DNA of 64,000 bases from Alphaproteobacteria bacterium (GCA_965200265.1 OZ241357.1:194131-258130), one strand, 5' to 3'. Shown: positions 20,701 through 29,276, counted from the first letter of the stretch. Translations and numbers: made by a program. The notes: generated by a model not told the origin, from the letters alone.

Positions 20701-21526
20701 GGCGCTGGACGATGCCGGCATCCCCGAGCTGGAGGGGTTCGAACGGTTTCACGAAGCGGTCCGGCGGATGGCGGGGCTGCATGAGACGCCCGAGGACGTC
20801 GTGCTCGGGTTGGCCGGGCGGCCCGCGCACGTTCTCGATTACGGGTGCGGAAGCGGCCGACTGGCCAGGGTCCTGGCCGACCGGGGCGCACGGGTCCTGG
20901 GCTACGACCCCGACGGTGCCTATGGAACGCGGTGGGAGTCGCTTTGCGCCGGAGCCGGCAGGCTGCGGTTCACGCGCGACCGGGACGAGGCGCTGACGGC
21001 CGGCCCGTTCGATCTCGTGATCTGCCGCCGCGTTCTGTGCACGGTCGAGGAAGAGGAGGAAATGCGGGCGATCCTCCGCGATTTGCGGGCCGTGGCGGCC
21101 GAGCACGGCCGGGCGATCATAGCCGTCTGCGATCCGCATTTCACGTTCGGAGGCCCGACCCCGGAGGCCGATCGCGAACTGCCGCCCGGCGCCTGCTACG
21201 AGAGCGTGTTCGTATGGCGCAAGCGCATCCGGGCGACGGGCCGGACACGCCGCGACGTGCATCGGCCCGAGCGGATGCTGCGGCGCGCGTTTGCCCGCGC
21301 GGGCTTCGCGGTATGCCGCCGCGTGGAGACGCCGACCATCGACCTGGAGTGCTTCGAGCCGGCGTCGGACCTTCTGGCGTTCGAACTCCGGCCCCTGGCG
21401 CCGCTCATGGGCGAGGTCGCACTCCTGGTCAAGGCGGGCACGATGGAACCGATGAACGCGGCGAAGCCGCCGGCGCGAATCGCGGCGGGGCAAGGGATGG
21501 AATCCGACGCCGGGAACCGGCAATGA
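17762..21526 (+). CDS. 1254-aa multidomain protein: GT2 glycosyltransferase + second GT-A-like domain + protein-kinase-like domain with degenerate catalytic loop + class I SAM methyltransferase
   Basis: ATG 17762 is preceded by GGGAGG. Approximate domains in window coordinates: GT2 17783-18488 (VAVLVATADRPTLL...VVVVDDSTAD...ILDDDDRWDP); GT-A-like 18635-19778 (VVWIVDDDMRLDP); kinase-like 20225-20708 (GSGMEGVAF, VFKVF, CRNLYPANLRV, IDYGSD); MTase 20795-21428 (VLDYGCGSGRLARVLADRGARVLGYDP...FDLVICRRVL). Third codon positions are visibly less GC-biased than in neighbouring genes. Confidence 0.8.
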   Translation: MEMHQDTTVAVLVATADRPTLLTSRALPSITEQSRPPDRVVVVDDSTADATERLIRDWHPPGVDVEFLRNRRTKGAAGAWNSGIDQLLRTGGDPDRLHVAILDDDDRWDPRHLEACLEAAETRGLDVVAAPFRRIEEGAAPRLTLPPPNLDAADFLVGNPGIQGSNLVVRLSVLLESGLFDESLASCTDRDLCIRIAELPGVRYGVTSETTVDHFACASRPRLSTPGSAAKREGLDRFCRKHSGRMSEDQRKEFGDRASRYFGWTEPKAATATATGKAAFSSAPPRSSASGPAPHLIVGVIADTERLENVDGLLVDLRGLAEDPELSGLDVLVLENGRGRASDRSLRGLVERERMEGSRVHLVDRARHVEDASNGPVPDGGAGEGRRLAIAPARTVLQSYLYAFAKRRPGAVVWIVDDDMRLDPLMAADDGRLMRRRPDVAPFLHELRRRHAGGELDIVIGAYTGAPPLPFAATVRVQLVDLAASLHWLMEQDPRAPLPDRSAENADLRSGRRDYYYDLSRKETDRLEAPFWIVPAFPDEIVGEAFERISRTAERILAGEQIFRPLAVEAGIDPLGSLGKGFQRGGNTFVLDIEALRLAPNPSPAVGGRPSRRSDMIWALLQAHCFRRRVASMPFPLYHDRSHVPVDELDTERVVDDIRGYATFSALDEMSGAFEAADDLGFTLVQGMTEDFTARVRKYLEERLAAFRLSFYRVRGLMRVLRRLVNDKESWWGGERHAPARTRLLEFCDRLDRSYTMEVLDRIERGVRELENREIREFLARLPEEIKEHRERLSQFPILARSLESERIANAKAVAARLAGPVDPLAVLGSGMEGVAFSDGARVFKVFDHWTQSDRVDAPAFLRSLVGAWKDTRCLYPILDFHEAGHRAVLVYPYEASEPYAGGHGPGMVELLTECRRYGIVCRNLYPANLRVVDGRVRLIDYGSDLRPLHDEREFTAMCRRAWLCYRWANRSDLKRIMRRALDDAGIPELEGFERFHEAVRRMAGLHETPEDVVLGLAGRPAHVLDYGCGSGRLARVLADRGARVLGYDPDGAYGTRWESLCAGAGRLRFTRDRDEALTAGPFDLVICRRVLCTVEEEEEMRAILRDLRAVAAEHGRAIIAVCDPHFTFGGPTPEADRELPPGACYESVFVWRKRIRATGRTRRDVHRPERMLRRAFARAGFAVCRRVETPTIDLECFEPASDLLAFELRPLAPLMGEVALLVKAGTMEPMNAAKPPARIAAGQGMESDAGNRQ

Positions 21527-22833
21527 GAAGGAACACGGTCGCGATCGTCGGGTCGGCCGGGACCATATCGCGCGAGCTCCGGCACACCGTGGAGGCGTTG
21601 GCCCGCACCTTGTGCGACAGGGGCTTCGATCTCGTGACGGGAGGCATGGACGGGGTCATGCGCGCCGCGGCGCGGGGACACGGCCTGTCGTCAAACGGCG
21701 CCAATCTCGTTCATGTCGAACCCGGCTGGGGACGCGCCTGGGAGCGTAACCCGCACCCGGCGAGCGTCGTCAGAACGGACCTCGGATCGATGAGGAACCA
21801 TCTGGTGGTCCGATCGGCGGACCTCGTTGTCGCCGTATCCGGTGGATCGGGCACCCTGAGCGAGATGGCGATCGCCTGCCAGGAAGGAAAACCGGTCGCC
21901 GCGCTACGGGGGTCGGGCGGCTGGAGCGACAGGCTGGCCGATACGACCCTGGATCGACGCCGCCGTACGGCGACCGTGACGGGCTGCGATACGGTGGACG
22001 ACGTCGCGGCATGGGCCGATCGACTCCGGCCGGAGGGGGTGTACGCGGGGCGGGTGAACCAGGGTTTCTATCCCCTTGAAGTGCCGGCCTTGCACCGCAT
22101 GTACGAAGGAGCGCCCGACGAACATCACCGGATGCATCTGCGATACGGGATGTCGATTGCGAAGTCCGATCTCGTGCGTCGACTGGAGCGGTTGAACCGA
22201 AGGGTCGAGTCGTGGAACCGGAAGCATGACGCCACGACCGTCGCCCTGATCACCTTCGACGATGGCTGGAAGGACGTGACGCGCCTCGTCGCTACTTTCG
22301 ACAATCTCCCCTGCCTTTGTCCGGTCCTGTTCGTGGGCGAGAACCATTTCCGGGAGCCGTTGCGGCCGCTCCCGCTACAGAGGCTCTATCGCCACTGCAC
22401 GGCTCACGGATTGGATCCGGAGGATTTGGCGGCACTCCGCCGCGTGACCAGAAGCCGGTTGAAGTCCTTGCCCGAGGCCGATCAGCACGCCGCCCTGGAC
22501 AGCCTCGGCATCGATGCGATGCTCGACCCGGAGTGGTTGCTGAACCCGGAAGACATCGCGCGTCTGAGGTCCGCCGGCTGGATCGTCGCATCGCACGGTG
22601 ACCGCCACGAAGACCTGACCTGCCGGGCGGGCCTGGGAGACGAGCTCGCGCGCCTCGCCGAGTCGATCGAAAACCGCGGGCACATGCCCTGGTTGGCATG
22701 GCCCGAGGGACGATGGTCCCGATCGTCGTGCGAAAATGCCCGTGTGGCCGGGTTCCGCCTTCAGTTCGGTCTACGCACCCAACCGTGCGGACGGCCGTGC
22801 GAAGGTATGGTGACGAGAACGGTCTGGAAATGA
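21523..22833 (+). CDS. fusion protein: LOG/SLOG-like Rossmann nucleotide-binding domain (TIGR00725-like) + NodB-type polysaccharide deacetylase
   Basis: ATG 21523 overlaps the stop of the upstream gene as ATGA. N-terminal half VAIVGSAGTISRE...VTGGMDGVMRAAARG...VVAVSGGSGTLSEMAIA fits the LOG/YpsA-like SLOG fold. C-terminal half ITFDDGWKDV...HGDRHEDLT carries NodB deacetylase motifs (D-D and His-His). Confidence 0.75.
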   Translation: MRRNTVAIVGSAGTISRELRHTVEALARTLCDRGFDLVTGGMDGVMRAAARGHGLSSNGANLVHVEPGWGRAWERNPHPASVVRTDLGSMRNHLVVRSADLVVAVSGGSGTLSEMAIACQEGKPVAALRGSGGWSDRLADTTLDRRRRTATVTGCDTVDDVAAWADRLRPEGVYAGRVNQGFYPLEVPALHRMYEGAPDEHHRMHLRYGMSIAKSDLVRRLERLNRRVESWNRKHDATTVALITFDDGWKDVTRLVATFDNLPCLCPVLFVGENHFREPLRPLPLQRLYRHCTAHGLDPEDLAALRRVTRSRLKSLPEADQHAALDSLGIDAMLDPEWLLNPEDIARLRSAGWIVASHGDRHEDLTCRAGLGDELARLAESIENRGHMPWLAWPEGRWSRSSCENARVAGFRLQFGLRTQPCGRPCEGMVTRTVWK

Positions 22834-22980
22834 CACCGGCGTCTTCCGCGCCCTTTACGCGCCCGGCCGCGGACGCGGAACTCCCGATCATCTCTCAAAC
22901 CCGCCCGAGTCCTCCTCGCCGCGACCGTCACGCCTCCGGAACCAGCCCCGGGGCGCTACCGACGGGCTCGACCGGGATGG

Positions 22981-23035
22981 ATTCCCGTTTTCGCGGGAAT
23001 GACGGCCGGAGGAAGGCCCGTTCGACGAAACGGGC
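22981..23035. terminator. two short inverted repeats in a convergent intergenic region (putative bidirectional terminator hairpins)
   Basis: ATTCCCG-tttcg-CGGGAAT (22981-23000) and GCCCGTT-cgacga-AACGGGC (23016-23035) lie between the 3' ends of the deacetylase-fusion gene (+) and the PPOX-family gene (-). No clear U-tract. Confidence 0.2.
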
Positions 23036-23172
23036 GGGCCATCGACTGCGATTCACTCTCTGGCAGGGGGGAGGGACGTCAATGGACCCGGACCGGAATT
23101 GCACGATCCGCACACCCTCCAGAGGCGAAGCCGGCGCGGACGACGAGGCGCTCCGGCACCGGCGCCAACGGC

Positions 23173-23787
23173 TCAGTAGAGCTTGTCGCGGTAGGCCTCC
23201 TCGACCGCGGCTTCCGCGACTTCGGGGGACTGTACGCCGGTCTGGTCGGCCAGGATGCGGCCGAGGCTCGGAAAGGACTCGCGGTCGATGCGCCGCTCCG
23301 GGTCCCAGAGTTTCGAGCGCATCAGCGCCTTGGCGCAGTGGAGGAACGCTTCCTCCACCTTGACGACGAGACCCGTCCGGGGCCGCTTGCCGTCGACGGA
23401 AAGCGGTTCCAGCAGCGCGCCGTCCGTGGTGATCCCGGCCTTGCCGTTGACCCGCAGCGTCTCGTTCATGCCGGGCACGAAGAAGATCAGGCCGACGTGG
23501 GGATTCTCGACGATGTTCGACATCGAGTCGACGCGGTTGTTGCCGAGCCGGTCGGGGATCAACAGGGTCTCGTCGTCGAGCACCCGCACGAACCCCGGCG
23601 CGTCGCCCTTCGGCGAACAGTCGGCCGAACCGTCGGCGGCGGCCGTCCCCAGCACGCAGAACGGCGAGAGGCCGATGAAGGCGCGGCAGTGCGCGTCGAG
23701 CCTGGACAGCGCCTTGTTGGCGGCGCGGACGTTCGGCTCCCCGTACAGGGCCCGCAGTGCGGCGGCGTCGACGATCCGTTCGCTCAT
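23173..23787 (-). CDS. pyridoxamine 5'-phosphate oxidase family protein (FMN-binding split barrel)
   Basis: The PNPOx-like split-barrel pattern was judged from the whole translated ORF (e.g. CVLGTAAADGSADCSPKGD) rather than a single diagnostic motif. Start chosen at MSERIV. Confidence 0.65.
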   Translation of the reverse strand: MSERIVDAAALRALYGEPNVRAANKALSRLDAHCRAFIGLSPFCVLGTAAADGSADCSPKGDAPGFVRVLDDETLLIPDRLGNNRVDSMSNIVENPHVGLIFFVPGMNETLRVNGKAGITTDGALLEPLSVDGKRPRTGLVVKVEEAFLHCAKALMRSKLWDPERRIDRESFPSLGRILADQTGVQSPEVAEAAVEEAYRDKLY

Positions 23788-23839
23788 CGCTTCCTTTCCT
23801 CCCGCGCCCATCGTCCCCCAGGGCGCCGCGCCGCGCGCG

Positions 23840-24511
23840 TCAGTGGGCGAGGCGGAACAACAGCCGGTACAGGGCGTAATGCGGTTCCGGCCCGGTTCCC
23901 CGGCCCCGAACGACCGGCTCCTTCAGGAACGCCGCCCGCGCCGCCCGCAGGTCCTCCGGCCGCGTACCCTCCCAAACGATCAACCAGTCGATCGCGTCCG
24001 TCGTCTCGGGCACGAACCCTCGCGAACCCGCCGCGAGCGCCTCGGCGTCCGTCTCCCACAGATGCGCCGCCACCACGCCGTGACTGTCGACGAGCCGGGG
24101 CAGCGCCACGCCGGCGATCCAGTCGCGCAGGTCTTCGCGGCGGCCGTCCTCCGGACTCAGCGCCAGAAATCCCGCGACACCGCCCTCGCCCTCGCCGACG
24201 CTTGCCGTGACGGAACAGATCGTGCGCCGGGTATCGCAGAACCTGGGCACGTTCTCCCGCTCCGCCCGGTCCGGGTTGCCGCCGGCGTCGAGATAGCCCC
24301 GCGACGCGAACACCGACACGTCGTCGGCGCCGTAGACCGCGGCGTAGCGCGGCGACCCCTCGATCGCCTCGTAACGCTTGCCCCACCGGAAACCGTCGAC
24401 GATCACACGGCTCTTCAGGTGCTCGCGGGTGTACCATTCGTCGATCGCGTCGTCCTCGTCGGGCGGGAAGTCCGTGAAGACGACGAGCATACCCTTCGGC
24501 GCCGTGGTCAC
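23840..24511 (-). CDS. hypothetical protein
   Basis: 223-aa ORF with non-repetitive composition and the same orientation as its neighbours. No family recognised. Confidence 0.45.
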   Translation of the reverse strand: MTTAPKGMLVVFTDFPPDEDDAIDEWYTREHLKSRVIVDGFRWGKRYEAIEGSPRYAAVYGADDVSVFASRGYLDAGGNPDRAERENVPRFCDTRRTICSVTASVGEGEGGVAGFLALSPEDGRREDLRDWIAGVALPRLVDSHGVVAAHLWETDAEALAAGSRGFVPETTDAIDWLIVWEGTRPEDLRAARAAFLKEPVVRGRGTGPEPHYALYRLLFRLAH

Positions 24512-24533
24512 GAATCGCCCCCTTCCCCGCCGG

Positions 24534-24791
24534 TCACGCGGTCCGCCGGATCAGGAATTCGTAGACCCCGGCGTCGTCCCGCCATTCCGCGAGCTCGTTC
24601 GCCGAGGCATCGCACCAGGCCCGGAAGTCGGCGACCGAACCGGGGTCCGTCGCGAGGACGCGCAGCAGCCCGCCCGGCGGCACGTCCCGCAGCGCCTTGC
24701 GGGCCCTGAGCACGGGCAAGGGGCATTTCAGGCCGGTGGCGTCGAGAACGGCCTCACCGGCGTCGACGCCGGCGTCGGTATGCTCGCTCAC
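24534..24791 (-). CDS. TusA-like sulfurtransferase (SirA/YedF/YeeD family)
   Basis: LDATGLKCPLPVLRARKALRDVPPGGLLRVLATDPGSVADFRAWC carries the CPxP active-site motif. GTG start at 24791 with AAGGGG upstream; the ORF track begins further upstream at a TTG. Confidence 0.65.
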   Translation of the reverse strand: MSEHTDAGVDAGEAVLDATGLKCPLPVLRARKALRDVPPGGLLRVLATDPGSVADFRAWCDASANELAEWRDDAGVYEFLIRRTA

Positions 24792-24970
24792 TCGGGCAAT
24801 CCCCTTCGACCGGTTTCGTTCGATGGTACGCCGGCGCCGGCCACGGAACAATCGTTCGAACCCTCGATCGTTTGGACGCCGGACGAATCCGGGATATGGT
24901 CCCGCGCCCGGACGGTCCGACGCGGGCGGGCGCGCCGCACGTCTGCCGCCATCCTTCGGAGAGGAAGACG

Positions 24971-25771
24971 ATGAAAGCGAACGTCAACGGCATCGACATC
25001 GCGTATGCGGTCGACGGGCCCGAGGACGCGCCCGTGGTGGTCATGAGCCATTCGCTGGCCTCCAGCCACCGCATGTGGGACTCCCAGATGCCGGCCTTGG
25101 CGGACTACCGGGTCTACCGGTTCGACACGCGCGGCCACGGCGGCACCGACGCGCCGGAAGGTCCCTACGACCTCGACATGCTGGCGGACGACGCCCGCGG
25201 CCTGCTCGACGCCCTGGGTCTCGACAAGGTTCATTTCGTGGGCCTGTCCATGGGCGGCATGATCGGCCAGATGCTGGCGATCCGGCATCCCGAGATCCTG
25301 CTCTCCCTGACGCTCTGCGCGACCTCGAGCCGTATGCCCGAGGAGGCTTGGCCGGCCTGGCGGGAACGCATCGACACGGCGCGGGCGCACGGCATGGAGG
25401 CGCTCGTCGACGCCACCATCGAGCGCTGGTTCACGCCGGACTACATCGCGTCGAACGAGGACATCATCGGCCCTGTCCGCGACCTCGTGCGGTCGACTCC
25501 CGTGCGGGGCTACATCGCCTGCATCGAGGCGATCATGAAGCTCGACATCACCGACCGCCTGAAGTCGGTGGACACGCCGACCCTGATCGTCGCCGGCGAG
25601 GACGACGAGTCCACCCCGGTGGCGGCGCACGAGGCCATCCACGCGGCCATCCCGGGCTCGGAGCTGGTGGTCGTGCCGACGGCCAGGCACTTCGTCAACG
25701 TCGAGCGAAGCGAGGCCGTCAACGACGCCCTGAGCCGCTTCCTGGCCCGGCGGGCGCGGGCGGCGGCGTAG
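24971..25771 (+). CDS. alpha/beta hydrolase (3-oxoadipate enol-lactonase-like)
   Basis: MKANVNGIDIAYAVDGPEDAPVVVMSHSLASS...GLSMGG (nucleophile elbow GxSxG)...D...H. ATG 24971 is preceded by GGAGAGGAAGA. Confidence 0.8.
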   Translation: MKANVNGIDIAYAVDGPEDAPVVVMSHSLASSHRMWDSQMPALADYRVYRFDTRGHGGTDAPEGPYDLDMLADDARGLLDALGLDKVHFVGLSMGGMIGQMLAIRHPEILLSLTLCATSSRMPEEAWPAWRERIDTARAHGMEALVDATIERWFTPDYIASNEDIIGPVRDLVRSTPVRGYIACIEAIMKLDITDRLKSVDTPTLIVAGEDDESTPVAAHEAIHAAIPGSELVVVPTARHFVNVERSEAVNDALSRFLARRARAAA

Positions 25772-25799
25772 GCCGAACCGCGCGCCGCCGTCGCGGCCG

Positions 25800-26462
25800 C
25801 TATTTCGGTTGCGGCACGATGCGCAGGTACGGCTTGGGGGCCTGCCAGCCGTCCGGGTATTTCTCCCGCGCCTGCTCGTCCGACACGGTGGGGACGATGA
25901 TGACGTCCTCGCCCTGTTTCCAGTTCACCGGCGTGGCGACCTGGTGCGCGGCCGTGAGCCGGCACGAATCCACAAGCCTCAGGACCTCGTCGAAATTCCG
26001 TCCCGTGCTCATCGGGTAGGTGAGCATCGCCTTGATCTTCTTGTCCGGCCCGATGACGAACACCGACCGGACGGTGGCGTTGTCCGCCGGCGTCCGTCCC
26101 TCCGAGCTCTCGCCGGCATCCGCCGGCAGCATGTCGAACTGCTTGGCGATGCTCAGATCGGGGTCGCCGATCAGGGGATAGTTCACCGCGTGGCCCTGGG
26201 TTTCCTCGATGTCCCTGGACCACTCCTTGTGGTTGGAGACCGGATCGACGCTCAGGCCCAGGATCTTGCAGTCGCGCTTGTCGAATTCCGGCTTCAGCCC
26301 AGCCATGTAGCCGAGCTCCGTGGTGCAGACGGGCGTGAAGTCCTTGGGGTGCGAGAACAGCACCGCCCAGCCGTCCCCGATCCACTCGTGAAAGCTGTCG
26401 ATGGTTCCCTCGGTGGTCTCCGCGTCGAAATCCGGTACTTCGTCGTTGATTCTGAGCGCCAT
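25800..26462 (-). CDS. 1-Cys peroxiredoxin (Prx6 subfamily)
   Basis: Real start MALRINDEVPDFDAETTEG. Peroxidatic motif HPKDFTPVCTTE. About 220 aa, typical of PRX_1cys. Confidence 0.85.
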   Translation of the reverse strand: MALRINDEVPDFDAETTEGTIDSFHEWIGDGWAVLFSHPKDFTPVCTTELGYMAGLKPEFDKRDCKILGLSVDPVSNHKEWSRDIEETQGHAVNYPLIGDPDLSIAKQFDMLPADAGESSEGRTPADNATVRSVFVIGPDKKIKAMLTYPMSTGRNFDEVLRLVDSCRLTAAHQVATPVNWKQGEDVIIVPTVSDEQAREKYPDGWQAPKPYLRIVPQPK

Positions 26463-26604
26463 CTCTCCCTCCTGTCGCATTCTTCCTTCTGCCGGCCCGA
26501 GTCGTCGAGCGCGTGCCCTTCCCCTCGACGCCCGAAGCGTGATGTTATCGTATACGCCCGCGCGCCGGACGTGAAACGGGAAGCGGGAAACGCGGGAGCA
26601 GGCG

Positions 26605-27384
26605 ATGGAACGGGTTCTTCTCGTCACCGGCGGGTCGCGGGGAATCGGCGCGGAAACCGCGCGTCTCGCGGCCGCGCGCGGATACGCCGTCGCGGTCAAC
26701 TACCGCGAACGCGCCGACGCCGCGCGGGCGCTCGTGGAGGAGATCGAGTCCGCGGGCGGGCGGGCCGTCGCCGTCCAGGCGGACGTCGCGAACCCGCGCG
26801 ACGTGGAGCGCCTGTTCGCCACGGTGGACGAGGAACTCGGACCCCTGACGGCCTTCGTCAACAGCGCCGGGCACGGAGGCGGATACGCGCGGGTCGCGGA
26901 TTTCGACTCCGACGTCCTCGATACCCTGATGCGGGTCGCCGTCATCGGCGCCATGACGAGCGCGCGCGAGGCGGTGCGCCGCATGGCGCTCGGCCGGGGC
27001 GGACGGGGCGGCGCCATCGTCAACGTGTCGTCCATGGCGGCGACCATCGGCGGCCGTCCGGGACGCACGGACTACGCAGCGTCCAAGGCCGCGATCGACT
27101 CCTTCACCGTGGGCTTGGCCAAGGAGGTCGCGCGCGACGGCATCCGGGTCAACGCCGTGCGTCCCGCCGTCACCATGACCGACATGGTCGACCAGTTGCG
27201 CCACGACGCGGCGGCGCGCGACGCCATCGCCGCGTCGATCCCCGTCAACAGGATCGCCGAGCCGATCGAGGTCGCCCGTCCCATCCTGTGGCTGCTGTCC
27301 GACGAGGCGTCCTACGTGAACGGCTGCCTGCTCGACGTCTCAGGCGGCGGCTTCACGGTCGCGGAACTGAAGAAACCGGAATAG
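26605..27384 (+). CDS. SDR family oxidoreductase
   Basis: TGGSRGIG cofactor motif, NSAG, and the catalytic YAASK tetrad region. Confidence 0.85.
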   Translation: MERVLLVTGGSRGIGAETARLAAARGYAVAVNYRERADAARALVEEIESAGGRAVAVQADVANPRDVERLFATVDEELGPLTAFVNSAGHGGGYARVADFDSDVLDTLMRVAVIGAMTSAREAVRRMALGRGGRGGAIVNVSSMAATIGGRPGRTDYAASKAAIDSFTVGLAKEVARDGIRVNAVRPAVTMTDMVDQLRHDAAARDAIAASIPVNRIAEPIEVARPILWLLSDEASYVNGCLLDVSGGGFTVAELKKPE

Positions 27385-28135
27385 CGCCGGAACGGAGGAA
27401 GCGGCGGATCAGGGGATTGAAGATCTCCGACACCTCGAGATGCGCGTTGTGGGCGCAATCGGGCAACACGCACAGCCGGGCGTTCGGAATCCCCCGCCAC
27501 AGCTCCCAGGAGCGATCGGGATGGGTCGACCTGTCGCCGTCACCGCAGATCACGAGCGTCGGCATGGCGACCTCCCCGAGCCGGTCGCGCACGTCCCAGC
27601 CCGCCATGCCGCGCATCAGTTTGATCGCGCCTTCCTTGCTGGCGCCCGCGCCGGCGGCCTTCGTGAACTCGTAGAGCGGATGCCGGTCGCCGTCGACGAA
27701 CCACGTCGCCGCGATCCGCGCGGTCGTGACCTCGATGGTTTCCGCCTCGATGCGCGCCACCGTCTCGTCGAAGGTCTCGAACCGGTCGGGAAGATCGGTG
27801 GTGGCCGAGCTCCCGTAGAGGACGAGTTTCTCCACCCGCTCGGGGTGGTCGAGGGCCGCCTGCAACGCCGTCATGGAGCCGAGCGAATGGCCGAGCAGCA
27901 TGAAGCGCTCGACGCCGAGTCGCGTGAGGGTGTCCAGCAGTGCTTCGGCGATCCCCGGGATCGAATCGGGCACCGGCTCGCCGGCGCTGCCGGCGAACGC
28001 CGGCATGTCGGTGGCGATGACGTCGAACTCCGCCGCCAGATGGGCCGCCAGAACGCCCCAGTAGCCGCCGCCCCCCGCGTACCCGTGCTGCAGCACGACG
28101 GTCGGTCCGGATCCGAATCGCCGGTAGTTCAACAT
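27353..28135 (-). CDS. alpha/beta hydrolase
   Basis: Real start MLNYRRFGSGPTVVLQHGY with a GGAGG RBS. Nucleophile elbow GHSLGS. The 3' end overlaps the SDR gene convergently by 32 nt. Confidence 0.75.
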   Translation of the reverse strand: MLNYRRFGSGPTVVLQHGYAGGGGYWGVLAAHLAAEFDVIATDMPAFAGSAGEPVPDSIPGIAEALLDTLTRLGVERFMLLGHSLGSMTALQAALDHPERVEKLVLYGSSATTDLPDRFETFDETVARIEAETIEVTTARIAATWFVDGDRHPLYEFTKAAGAGASKEGAIKLMRGMAGWDVRDRLGEVAMPTLVICGDGDRSTHPDRSWELWRGIPNARLCVLPDCAHNAHLEVSEIFNPLIRRFLRSGAIPVSSVPRP

Positions 28136-28390
28136 GTTCGATCCTCCGTGTAGAATGACGCCCTCCGCCGGTCGCGGACAGGATGGCGACCGCGGCGACT
28201 TTGACGGGAGCGCCGCGGTTCCGGCAAGTCCGCGCCGGCCTCTCCTCCGCGGGCGCCCCCTGGCGGAAATGTGTCTTTCGGGGGGATGACGGCCTTCCGG
28301 GGCGCGAATTGTGGCCTCGGAGCGAAGCCTGTATGTTCGGGGTTCACCGACACCGGATCGGACACGAAAGAAGGGAGTGGCGGCGTCGAA

Positions 28391-29248
28391 ATGCGGTACG
28401 AAGCGCCGGAAACGATGGAAGCGGCGGTGGCGCTGCTGGCGAGCGACGAGCATGGCTGCGTGCTCGCGGGTGGAACGGACCTTCTCGTGCAATTACGCGC
28501 CGACACCATCGACCCCAGCCTCGTCGTCGACGTCAAGAAAATCGACGAGATGCGCGCCGTCACCAGGGAAAACGGCGGTTTCCGGGTCGGCGCCGCGGTG
28601 ACCGGCGCGGAACTAGGCGAACACGAGGCGTTCAAGTCGGTCTGGCCCGGCGTCGTCGAGGCCTTCGAGTTGATCGGCTCGACCCAGATCCAGGGCCGCG
28701 CCACCATGGGCGGCAATCTCTGCAACGCCTCTCCGGCGGCGGACTCCGTGCCGGCCATGATCGCCGCGGGCGCCATCGCCACCATCGAGGGGCCGGACGG
28801 CCGCCGCGACGTCCCGGTGGAAGAGGTCGCGACGGGGCCGGGCCGGACGTCGCTTGGCGCGGGCGAACTGGTGGCGTCCTTCCTGTTCCCCGAACAGCCG
28901 CCCCGCACGGGCGACGCCTATCTGCGGTTCATCCCGCGGACGGAGATGGACATCGCCGTGGTCGGCGCCGGCGTGTGCCTGACCCTCGACGACTCCGGCG
29001 TCTGCGTCGCCGCGAAGGTCTCGCTCGGAGCCGTCGCGGAGCGCGCCCTGGTGCCGGAAGCGGCGGCCGAGGCGCTGATCGGGACTGCGGTGGACGACGC
29101 GGCGCTCGCCGGGCTCTCGCGGGCGGCGAGCGCGGCCGCGCGACCCATCGACGACAAGCGCGGAACCAGGGAGTTCCGCGTCCAGGTCACGGGCGTCATG
29201 GCGCGCCGGGCGGCGGAGACCGCGCTCGCGCGGGCCAGGGGCGCGTAG
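28391..29248 (+). CDS. molybdenum hydroxylase family, FAD-binding (medium) subunit
   Basis: CO dehydrogenase flavoprotein-like sequence: LAGGTDLLVQLR...ATMGGNLCNASPAADS. Confidence 0.8.
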   Translation: MRYEAPETMEAAVALLASDEHGCVLAGGTDLLVQLRADTIDPSLVVDVKKIDEMRAVTRENGGFRVGAAVTGAELGEHEAFKSVWPGVVEAFELIGSTQIQGRATMGGNLCNASPAADSVPAMIAAGAIATIEGPDGRRDVPVEEVATGPGRTSLGAGELVASFLFPEQPPRTGDAYLRFIPRTEMDIAVVGAGVCLTLDDSGVCVAAKVSLGAVAERALVPEAAAEALIGTAVDDAALAGLSRAASAAARPIDDKRGTREFRVQVTGVMARRAAETALARARGA

Positions 29249-29276
29249 GCGCATGGAGTGGAAAAGGGCGAACACG

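Noticed and set aside
18194-21523. 592-aa and 500-aa minus-strand ORFs antisense to the megaprotein gene
   Set aside because: Antisense shadow frames. The plus-strand product has four coherent domains in order.
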